From: Octopus bimaculoides
Lineage: Eukaryota
Direction: 5' to 3'
Assembly: GCF_001194135.2 (NCBI RefSeq)
Contig: NC_068997.1
Location: 28,308,058-28,364,291 of the forward strand
DNA length: 56,234 nt
Shown: piece after piece, positions 13,293 to 22,890 of the stretch
How positions within the stretch are numbered: the first letter of the stretch is position 1
How the letters are laid out: each line of letters starts with the position of its first letter
Notes under the pieces: generated by a model
What the model saw: the letters and a program-made list of their open reading frames with translations, nothing else
What the model was told of the DNA's origin: nothing
The model's database searches: none
Position numbers and translations under genes: made by a program

Positions 13293-15390
13293 TCATCTAA
13301 GAGATCATAAGTCAGAGTAAAGATGCACTCCTATAACTGTCAGTAGAGTGAGTATATTATCTGAAAAGTACAGTATTAAATATCCATCACAGCTGATCTT
13401 ACCAATTGGTTTCGCACGAGGAATACAATGGAGTGTTAGGTGACAATCTGATTATATAACCCTATGCTCATCAGAGTTAGCCTGTATGGAAGGGAATATG
13501 GCGTTGTTCTTTGTTTTGTCTGTTATGTCTATCATTTATCTATATCTATGCATGTATACATAAACATATTGCTACATATAATGGTGTCTGTTTTGTCTTG
13601 CTTTTTTAAATGAAGGTTGGCGTCTTGAACCAAGTAACAGCTTAGAAATTCACAATGGAATCAGTTCTATAGATCCAGTCATTGCTCGTTACACATCAGC
13701 TGAATATACACCATCACTTACCTGGAATACATCTTTGCAGAGTGAAGGGTTTTATATTAGACTCCGAGGAAACTTCAACCATTTTGACAGAGTTGAATTT
13801 TCTTACGCATCTGCTGTAATGATGACAAAAGGTCAGTCTCAATTTACATTTCCTTTATTCTTTATTAACATAATTATCATAAAAATTATGTTCTTCTTAA
13901 TCCTTTAACTCTGTATGAAGCATTGGGTGCCAATAAGACATTTTCATCCAACTTGATGAAATTACTAAGTTATCCAATGTGTCCTTCCTTTTTTTCATAT
14001 CATGAAACGAACAGGGTACGTGATTTAAATGACACAGCCATGCATACGGTTGTAAGTAATTAGAATGTTGAAGGGTTCTAATAGAAATTTAGGTTAAGGA
14101 AATATCTTTTACTGGTATTTTGGTATTTTTATTTATCTATTTAATTGAATAAATTTGAATTCTATTTTGCAGATGGCTGCCGTGAGAATTTCAAACTTCC
14201 GTGTTTCAACCTTCTGTGTATTGCTGAATCATTGCAGTGTGACGGAGTCGATCACTGTGGAGACAATTCAGATGAAAGTCCGGCCAGGGAATGTAATTTT
14301 GAAAGCAAAGAATTGCATATTTTGGGTGATTATTTCTTTTGTTTTCTCTCTAGAACTTGAAACAATTAACGTTACTAAAACCTTTATCTCTTCCTCTGCT
14401 GTCACTTCTTCCTCCTCCTCCTCCTCTGTCACTTCCTCCGCCTCCTACTCCTTCTCTGCCACTTCCTCCAGCACCTCCTCCTCCTTCCCATTGACTGTTC
14501 ATGTTTAGTAATCTTCTCTTGGCAACGAGCAATGTGGTTAGCATCGTCCCTCACCACCAGACTACCTCTCTGGGCCTCCACACTATGTACCTACCAAGTG
14601 GTGGACAGCTATTGATCGTCCAGCGTCCAGAGGTTATGACGTCAGGGCTTGTTTTGGTTATTCAGTTGTCAGTGACCACTAACAAATCACAGGAGATTGA
14701 GCAGACAGTTAAAACGAAGGGGAGGCTGGTCAAATAAAGTAAGGACTTCAGAAAATTCTTCTAAAGCAATGCAATTAGCAAAAAGCCCATGGGCATATGG
14801 TGTAGTGGTTAAGAGTGCGGGCTAGAATAAGGTTCGTTTAAGGATGTTGAGCAAAACGCCCATGTTTCCAAAGGTGAATTATTCAAACCCCAAAGAATTC
14901 CTCTCAACACATGGCTATGATGCTCCCTCCACTACTTCTGCTTGTGATCAGAGATGCACATATCGTTAGCCACCAAGGGNNNNNNNNNNACTACTTCTGC
15001 TTGTGATCAGAGATGCACATATCGTTAGCCACCAAGGGACATGCTCAACTAGTTAAGGTCAAGCAACTGACAAGCAAATCTATGGTGTTAAGCAGAATAT
15101 TTGCTGTAGCCCATCTTTTATGCCAAGACAAAACAATGTACATTATTATTGATGTTGTTGTTGTTGTTGTAAAAGATAGTAACACTACTATTGTACAAGT
15201 TACCAACCTACTTTGCAGTCATTTACACTGTTATTAACATGCAATTTATTTCAAAGAATTTTTGCCAATTTATCAGAATATCTTTTCTTTTTCAGATACG
15301 ACACCATTAAGCACAGGACAGAAATTTTTTGAAGATAAAACTGTTCTTTACTTTTTACTCTGCTTTTGTATTTCAAAAGAATTTGTTTGA
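3071..15390 (+). CDS. Signal peptide - CUB - CUB - CUB - LDLa protein, partial model: join(3071..3107?, 4029..4118, 4574..4829, 5144..5328, 6749..6942, [missing exon], 9103..9129?, 10256..10423, 13616..13831, 14173..14325?, 15296..15390?)
   Basis: Phase-compatible GT-AG exons encoding CUB-like segments (GAVVSTGYPNSY; GFFHSPNFPRGY...KLVFDDWDI; YDCVWVI) and an LDLa repeat. First exon, one internal exon and the C-terminus are uncertain. Confidence 0.8.
3443..3680 (-). mobile_element. RTE 3'-end-type repeat (similar copies at ~2495-2700, 26560-26725, 30560-30800, 32610-32885)
   Basis: Shared CATCATC-GTTTAAC(G)TCCG...TCTACAGCTGGATGCCCTTCCTAA core, matching the 3' end of the LINE at 11861-12097. 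Confidence 0.8.
4029..4118 (+). CDS. CUB-LDLa gene signal-peptide exon (SSTRKLEFFFPFLLVLVESIASYRHNGQL)
   Basis: Strong acceptor TTTTCTATTTGCAG; hydrophobic core; donor TTAG|GTATAA, phase 1. Confidence 0.7.
   Translation, partial: CPQQENWNSFSHFFLFLWKALQVTDIMDN
4574..4829 (+). CDS. CUB1 N-terminal half
   Basis: Acceptor TTCTTACAG|GA; IECRQNL...GAVVSTGYPNSY...CEVLL; donor GG|GTGTGT, phase 2. Confidence 0.85.
4901..4999 (+). repeat. (AAT)n microsatellite in a 314-nt intron
   Basis: More than 20 AAT units; source of the poly-Ile ORFs in the track. Confidence 0.95.
5144..5328 (+). CDS. CUB1 C-terminal half
   Basis: Acceptor TTTGTTTCCAG|A; CDHLYISE...FKINYKVV; donor G|GTAAGT. Confidence 0.85.
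6749..6942 (+). CDS. CUB2 N-terminal half
   Basis: Acceptor TTTACTAG|TG; DGFFHSPNFPRGY...IKLVFDDWDI; donor CAG|GTAATC. Confidence 0.88.
9193..9570 (+). mobile_element. Mariner transposon 5' fragment (TIR plus transposase N-terminal HTH)
   Basis: TA followed by TTGGGTTGGCAACTAAGT TIR; ORF 9362 MECQVKKNEHFRHLLLFAFNQGSKAAKAAHNICAVYGEGAI...WYAEFKNGNFDLKD..RSG is mariner-like. Confidence 0.85.
9588..10146 (+). mobile_element. Degenerate RTE-type LINE: RT fragment, internal deletion, 3' end with (GAT)n tail
   Basis: Decayed RT motifs (GVH*SLVLSSLLF; YAYDFVL; KGLRVNLAKTEIL; PSGRWPCSVCRK) with stops and frameshifts; 3' UTR matches other copies. Confidence 0.8.
10256..10423 (+). CDS. CUB3 N-terminal half
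   Basis: Acceptor TTTTTTCCAG|AT; DCSATF...YDCVWVIRK; donor G|GTAAGA. Confidence 0.85.
11861..13228 (-). mobile_element. 5'-truncated RTE-type LINE spanning gap 12098-12897
   Basis: Minus-strand LAKTKIL...WPCSVCRKGVGSNSIRCTRCKLWTHKRCS...FVCGRC...LEVVDSFRYLGD; family 3' UTR and (GAT)n tail at 11861-12097. Confidence 0.85.
13616..13831 (+). CDS. CUB3 C-terminal half
   Basis: 216-nt symmetric phase-1 exon: GWRLEPSNSLEIHNGISS...GFYIRLRGNF...VEFSY; donor AAAG|GTCAGT. Confidence 0.85.
14173..14325 (+). CDS. LDL-receptor class A repeat exon
   Basis: Acceptor TTTTGCAG|AT; GCRENFKLPCFNLLCIAESLQCDGVDHCGDNSDESPAREC (6 Cys plus DxSDE). The 3' boundary is uncertain. Confidence 0.85.
15296..15390 (+). 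CDS. Candidate terminal exon (DTTPLSTGQKFFEDKTVLYFLLCFCISKEFV*)
   Basis: Strong acceptor TCTTTTCTTTTTCAG; phase 1, which matches the LDLa exon, gives the longest reading; hydrophobic C-terminus. Confidence 0.45.
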
Positions 15391-17725
15391 GAAAAAACCA
15401 TATTTTGCTTATTTTGGAAGGTTTTGAGTTTTGTTGTTACAAAATAAAATTATGGGGCTGACCCCCTGAACTCCCAACTCTTTCACTGCCTGTTGAACGA
15501 GATCAACAGGGAAGCCCAGTTTTTTTTTTCTTTTTACTGGAAAGAGATGCTACTATCTGTGCCTAGAAGCAGATGCAAGCCAAATGCTCCTGTTATTTGG
15601 TGATCAAAAAACCCATTCTGCTGACTTATGTTCAGGTAATATCACGAGTTTGATAATGGTTAAAAAAAAAAAGAAATTGTTTCCATACATATATATGTAG
15701 TTATATATATATATGTATATATATTATTCTTATTGTTCCAAGTTCAAATCTATGATGAATTCTACAACTTCAAACCCCACTTTTTTTGTGATACCTTTTA
15801 GTGGTATTATACCTTTAATTAAATCAAACTTAATTTTCTGATTAATAACTATATTACTTGGCTCAAAAATTTGTGTGAAGTCTAAACCAGTATTTTCCTT
15901 ATTCCTGAAAAATCGTAATTTCTTGAAATTTAACGTTCCATATATTAAATGGAATATCTTATGGGACTACATATAAAATGAATGTAGAGGTCGTTTGCAA
16001 TTAATATTCTCTCATTTAGGTGCCTTTTGCTACTTCCTGTCATGTCGAGACACAAATCACAAATATGAACAGCTCTATTAATATAAAAATAAAAAACAAA
16101 ACTTTGGTGAACTTTTTAAATGATGTATTAAAAATATATTCTAAGTTAAAAATTTGTTGGAATAATATAATATTGATGTGATTCAATTCTATAAATCGAA
16201 TCAAATTTGAAGATTTATTTTTTACGATTACAACTAAATAACAGCAAGTTCACATTGGACATAATGCGTTTTTACTGCAATAAAATATAAATTTCACAAA
16301 ATCTTTGTTTTGAATTCCAAATATTTAGAGATGCTTTATTATTTTTTTTCACTAAAAAGGTGGTGAGCTGGCAGAATCGTTAGCACACTGGGCGAAATGC
16401 TGAGCAGTCTTTCATCTGCCAACACGTTTTGAGTTCAAATACTGCTGCAGTTGACTTTGTCTTTTGTCTTTTTGGGGTTGATAAATTCAGTACCAGTGAA
16501 GCACTGGGGTCAATGTAATCAACTAGTCCCCTCCCCTAAAGTTCCAGGCCTTGTACCTTTAGGAGAAAGGATTCTTTTTTTCACTGAAGTATCACTTGTT
16601 TTGACAAGAATTGATCTATCAAAGATATTGTTTGTTCTCTATTCTTGTGTGTGTGTTGAGGGGAAATATATCTAATATTTGGGTTTTGATAAAATATTAC
16701 TTATTTCTTGGCACGTTTTAAATATTATGATTATATTAGTTATAACTGTCCACTACCTTTTCAAAACATTGGCTTCACATTTTTGTACAAGACCAATAGT
16801 TTCAGGGGAGGGGTCAAGTTGAACACATTGATCCCAGTGCATAACTGGTACTTATTTTATTGACCCCGAAAGGACGAAAGGCAAAGCTGACCTCAGCAAT
16901 ATTTGAACTCAGAATGTCAAAACAGATGAAATGCTGCTAAGCATTTGGCTCAACATGTCAACGCTTCTGCCAGCTCACCGCCTTAATATATAACCTTAAC
17001 AAAATATTGGTTTCAAATTTTGGCACAAGGCCAGAAATTTCAGGGGGGGTGGGTAAGTTGATTATATTGACTCCAGTGTTCAACTGGTACTTATTTTATC
17101 ATCCCCAAAAGGATGAAAGGCTAAGATGACCTCAGCAGAACTGGAACCTAAAGATGAACAAAATGCTGTTAAGCATTCTAATGATTCTGCCAGCTCACCG
17201 TTTTACTATCCTACCATAATACTGAGTATAAAACTTATTGGTGTACTTTTCGATCCATTGGGTCACTATATTCACGTGGATTATCTCTATTAAGTCAGAT
17301 TGGTGCAAATCTCATCCATCTCTATGATAATCTCACAATAGAAGTTGAACTCATCATTGAGTGGTAACAAGCACTCATCAGCCACTTATTCTATGGGGTT
17401 TGTTTAAAACTTGGTGGACAGTACAGTCTGAGAGTTCAATGTGTTGGCCATGGATGGCCTTGGAAAGATTTTAACTCAGAATGTAAAGGGCCATAACTAA
17501 ATACTGCCGGTATTTTGTATGCTGTTCTAATGGTTCTGCTGGTGAGGTACAAACCTTCAATCTCCACTTTGGTTATCTCGCTTCCTGTCAACTGTTCTCC
17601 AAACAAAATCTATGGAATGCAAAAATGTTACATATTTCCTCCCCTCATAGTTTTGCTTTACTAGTTGGTCAGAAAAAGAAAGGCAATGTCCATAGCCATT
17701 GCTTGTCCCTCAGAGACCATTTATA

Positions 17726-17972
17726 CCTGTGGTTCTTAACTGGGATCGGTATGGTCCCTAGGGGTCCTCATAAGATTCTGTCATTAAAATTTATGTGCAA
17801 TAATTTGGTTACACTTCCACAATGCACAAAATATTTGAACAATTTTTTAAAAACAGTTTCTAATAAAATTTAATTGTAAAAATACAATAAGAATTTTTTA
17901 AACATTGAATGGCTATGAGGGTCCTTCTGAGAGAAATAGGAATCAAAGGTAAAAAAATGGTTGGGAATCATT
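17726..17972. mobile_element. hAT/Charlie-like MITE
   Basis: Imperfect TIRs CCTGTGGTTCTTAAC ... GGTTGGGAATCATTG; TSD not confirmed. Confidence 0.45.
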
Positions 17973-18899
17973 GACTTATATTTTGTACGACCATTTCAGT
18001 TCTTCCAACTTAATAGGACTGAAATGAATGATGTTGAATTTGCACTTCAGCAATTTCTTTTGGGGTGAGAAGCATAAACAGGAAAATGATTCTTGAGAGA
18101 TGTTAAGGAGGAAGAATCAAGCAAAATATGGTTTGGTATGGCAGTTGACAGATGAAGAAACACAGTTGAATGAGAAATGTGTGTGTGTGTGTGCATGTGG
18201 AAATACATATTTTTTAAATAGTGTTGCAAAGAGCAAACATTTCCTTTCTTAAAGTTATTTGCTATGTTAGAAATGCAATTTACTACAAATATATTGTTTC
18301 TTTTTTGTTAAATTTGAAATAAAAAAGATTTAAGAATGAAAAATTGTTATATCATTAATTATTGTTTAATTGAATTTTCTGATGTTCTAGGAGAGATAGA
18401 AAAATGAAAAAAGAAAAGAAGAAAAAAAAGAGAAGAAAAATTTATAAAAAAACATTATGATTGCTACAGTATTCAGCAGAGACCCTTACTATGGCACATC
18501 CTTATTTAATGAGAGAATTGAGAATTGAAAGTTTTATAAAAAAATTTTTGTCCTTCCAAATTTTCTTGAACTCCACATTAATGTTTTATGCTCTGCCTCC
18601 CAGTAATCACATTCTAATGGAACATGTGTGTGTGTATGTGTGTGTTTGTCCCCCACCACTGCTAGACAATTGGTGGTGGAGTGTTTATTTCCCCAAAACT
18701 TAGCCTTTTGGTAAAGAAAACTTTAAAAAAAAAAAAATACTGGAGTTGATTCATTGGAGTTAAAAATTCTTCAAGGTGGTGCCCCAGCATGGCCCCAGTC
18801 TAATGACCAAAACAACTAAAAAAAAAAAATGAATAAAAAACCCCAGAAGAATGTAGATCAATGATACCAGAGAGAAACGTGGAGCTATTAAAAGCAAAA

Positions 18900-19065
18900 A
18901 GTAGGCTGTTGGCTGCTGCCCAGGGTGTAGGAATACTGTGTTTTTGAAACAACTTATGGCTGCTTGTTGAGAAAACAACTTGTTAAGTGCATAAACTGGA
19001 GGAAAACACAATGAAAGCCTCTCTATACAGAATGCTGCCATTGTTGATCTTGAGAAGGCCTTTGT
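18900..19065 (+). mobile_element. Decayed RTE RT fragment
   Basis: Encodes VDLEKAF near 19042-19062; the rest is heavily degenerate. Confidence 0.45.
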
Positions 19066-19349
19066 AGTTTTGGGTTAACAAAAGGCAGGTGCAGATTTGT
19101 GTGTCAGTTATTTTTGGTATACTCTTTTATGTGTTTCAGTCATTTGACTGTGGCCATGCTGGAGCAGCACCTTTAGTCGAGCAAATCGACTCCAGGACTT
19201 ATTCTTTGTAAACTTAATACTTATCCTATCAGTCTCTTTTGCCTAACTGCTAAATTTCAGGGATATAAACACACCAACATCGGTTGTCAAGTGATGATGG
19301 GGTGTCAAACACAGACACACACACATAAATATAATATACATATATATAT

Positions 19350-19577
19350 AGGTGTAGGAGTGGTTGTGTGGTAAGTAGCTTGCTTCCCAACCACATGGTT
19401 CCAGGTTCAGTCCCACTGCGTGGCACCTTGGGCAAGTGTCTTCTACTATAGCCTCAGGGTGACCAAAGCCTTCCGAGTGGATTTAGTAGACGGANNNNNN
19501 NNNNGTCTTCTACTATAGCCTCAGGGTGACCAAAGCCTTCCGAGTGGATTTAGTAGACGGAAACTGAAAGATCATCG

Positions 19578-19616
<39 letters not shown>

Positions 19617-19800
19617 ATGTTTGCCCCTCCTGTCACTGCTTGACATTAGGTGTTGGTGTGTTTATGTCCCCATAACTTAACGGTTTGGCAAAAGAAATTG
19701 ATACAGTACGTCCTGGGGTTGATTTTGACTAAAAAAAACCCTATAAAGTGGTACTCCAGCCTGACCACAGTCAAATGACTGAAACAAGTAAAAGAATAAA
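19350..19800 (+). mobile_element. SINE family B with internal (TG)n (other copies or fragments: ~310-570, 2310-2430, 2700-2940, 4290-4480, 5500-5840, 10440-10905, 18620-18830, 19130-19330, 34940-35305, 35750-36150, 41930-42140, 42460-42570, 49680-50160, 51681-53520)
   Basis: Head GTAGGAGTGGCTGTGTGGTAAG..GCTTCCCAACCACATGGTTCC(G)GGTTCAGTCCC; tail ...CCAGCATGGCC(G)CAGTCAAATGACTGAAACAAGTAAAAG. Confidence 0.85.
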
Positions 19801-20060
19801 AGAATGCATTATCTTGTAGCTTCAAGATTTCAATGGCATGTTTGTAAATTTTTAGAATAACATTGTAGGGTAGGTGTGAAAGGATAGATCTGGTCAGTTT
19901 TAGTATAAAGCAGGTAGAATATTTGGGCCAGATATGGCTGCTTTAGGACACATTAAACCAGGACAGTCCAAGAGAAACATAAAAATTCTTTAATGGAAGG
20001 AAAATAGATTGTTAGAATACATAACCTCTAATGACAAAAACCTTTCGGAATAGCATTTAT

Positions 20061-20091
<31 letters not shown>

Positions 20092-20985
20092 NNNNNNNNN
20101 NNNNNNNNNNNNNNNNNNNNNNNNNNNNNNNNNNNNNNNNNNNNNNNNNNNNNNNNNNNNNNNNNNNNNNNNNNNNNNNNNNNNNNNNNNNNNNNNNNNN
20201 NNNNNNNNNNNNNNNNNNNNNNNNNNNNNNNNNNNNNNNNNNNNNNNNNNNNNNNNNNNNNNNNNNNNNNNNNNNNNNNNNNNNNNNNNNNNNNNNNNNN
20301 NNNNNNNNNNNNNNNNNNNNNNNNNNNNNNNNNNNNNNNNNNNNNNNNNNNNNNNNNNNNNNNNNNNNNNNNNNNNNNNNNNNNNNNNNNNNNNNNNNNN
20401 NNNNNNNNNNNNNNNNNNNNNNNNNNNNNNNNNNNNNNNNNNNNNNNNNNNNNNNNNNNNNNNNNNNNNNNNNNNNNNNNNNNNNNNNNNNNNNNNNNNN
20501 NNNNNNNNNNNNNNNNNNNNNNNNNNNNNNNNNNNNNNNNNNNNNNNNNNNNNNNNNNNNNNNNNNNNNNNNNNNNNNNNNNNNNNNNNNNNNNNNNNNN
20601 NNNNNNNNNNNNNNNNNNNNNNNNNNNNNNNNNNNNNNNNNNNNNNNNNNNNNNNNNNNNNNNNNNNNNNNNNNNNNNNNNNNNNNNNNNNNNNNNNNNN
20701 NNNNNNNNNNNNNNNNNNNNNNNNNNNNNNNNNNNNNNNNNNNNNNNNNNNNNNNNNNNNNNNNNNNTTTAAAAGCGGGTTAAAAGCCCTGCTTCCTATG
20801 ATTTGATATGTCAATTTATTTTATTTTTTTTTAGTTTGTTTTTAATTAAAACATCTTACAAAGATCAATCTTCCAACAAAAGAGAAAAAAAAAATAAAAC
20901 ATTATATACACACACATACATACAAACTGACATTACTGTCAGATATCTTTGCCTCAAAGAAATACACCAGCCATATTTTATATAT

Positions 20986-21019
<34 letters not shown>

Positions 21020-22859
21020 TACATATGTATGAATATATACATTTATTACATGTAGAGAGGCTAATGTTTTATATTTATTTCTAACTTTGGCACAAAGCCA
21101 CAAATTTGTAGGGAAGGGGTATATATATATATATCTATATAGTTGAGTGAATCAACTCCCAGTAAATTACTGGTACTTATTTAATCAATCTCAGGGAGAA
21201 TGAAGGGCAAAGTCAGCCCTAGCTGGAGTTGGACTCTGAACATAAAGGGGATGTGACACAACACTCCACACAATATTTCGTCCAACACTCCTGTATTTCT
21301 GCCATTCAACTGCTCTGATGTTTCATTCTATTGACAGAAGGTAATAAAGCTCTCACTAATTTTTGATTGATGAATATCTATAAAAAGATATGAAACCATT
21401 ATTATTTCGTGTTTTTCTTTCCTCACAGTGAATCCACACTCAAAATCTGTTTCTCATTTCTTTATCACAAAACTGTTTGCAATTATAAGTGACTCTCCTA
21501 AAACTGTGTTAAAAAATGAATGAAACAAATTGTAGCCAAGTCAAAAAATTCAAATGATTTACTTATTTTTTTAAGAGATTGGGCTCAGGGGAAATGAGGA
21601 ATCATAAAAAAAGGAAAAAGAAAAAACTTTTCAGATCTGAAAAGAAATAAATAAAATGAAGATTTGTAAAAGAAAAAGTAAAAAAAAAAAAAGAGAAAGA
21701 AAAAGAAACTGAAGAACCATTTAGATTGTTCAAGATACAAGTAAAATTTTGTCAAATGAAGTATTGCAAAAATAACAAGTGACCCCACTATTCTTGCTCT
21801 CTTCAATTATTTTCTGGAAGACTTACAAATAGGAACACAAGTCATATCAAACTGTATTTTATTATTTTGTAATTCTCGGGTTAAACTTCAGCAGGAGAAA
21901 AATTTGTTTTTAATAATGAACACAGCAAGTCTTATAAGGATGCATCAACATAGGTTTTACTACATTCTGTATCAAATGANNNNNNNNNNNNNNNNAGAAA
22001 AGACTGGAAAAGTAACATTTCTTAACGCACACACACACACACACACACACATCAATAGTTGACAAGGAGCCATGAACCTACACCATATCTCTCTTAACAG
22101 CAAAACCTGAAGGGAAGAAAATTACAATGATTTTAACTGAATTCTAGTCTAGAATAATGAACAAATTAATACAAGAGTAAAATAAAAAAAAAAAAAAGCT
22201 TATCTAATTTTAGTGTCGTTAGAAATAGATTAAATAGGATTCCTTTTTTTAGAAACATAAAATCTGCAAACAACAAATAAGTCTTCTTAAATTAAAAAAA
22301 ATGTTAAGCAGTGTGAAGTTAAGACAATCTTAGAATTTCTGTATGACTTGTGAAAATAAAAACATTCACCACATTTGCGAATGAATGTTGTTCTTTAAAG
22401 GAAGAGTAACGTGGATAGAAGCTTATGTTAGAGGAGCAGAATTTAATTTAAAAAATAATAAAATACACAATTTGTTTAAACATAATTATATATAAATGTC
22501 CTTTAAAATATTTTACAACACTTTAAAAACAAAATATATATTTTTTTATTACAGTTTATTGGAGCATTGTTATAATTTTGGTTTATTTATTCATTTTTTT
22601 TTTTTTATAAGCATCAATTTTATGAAGAAAAGAGAGTTCTTTGAGAACAAGAAGGACTGATAAAAGAATCATAATTAACTGCTTGATTTAGGTTTGATAT
22701 ATGCAGAAAAGTATTATCATGTCCTTATTAGTAGAAAAATAAAGTATACATTCTTATGAAATGTGTACTGAGCAGAATCATTTAACATGCACATATAACA
22801 TATATTAGCTTGCCTGAGTACTTAACAGCAACTAATAAAATTATATATATATATAAATT

Positions 22860-22890
<31 letters not shown>

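Noticed and set aside
14354-14508. In-frame Ser/Thr-rich 'stalk' after the LDLa repeat
   Set aside because: Comes from a (TCC)n low-complexity tract and would need a 28-49-nt intron or a non-canonical GC donor
14930-15040. ~50-bp direct duplication on both sides of a 10-N gap
   Set aside because: Typical overlap of contig ends (negative gap); assembly artefact
19434-19563. ~60-bp SINE segment duplicated across a 9-N gap
   Set aside because: Same contig-overlap artefact, not a tandem duplication
20063-20091. Long poly(A) run, possible retrocopy tail
   Set aside because: Abuts a gap; no identifiable element or TSD
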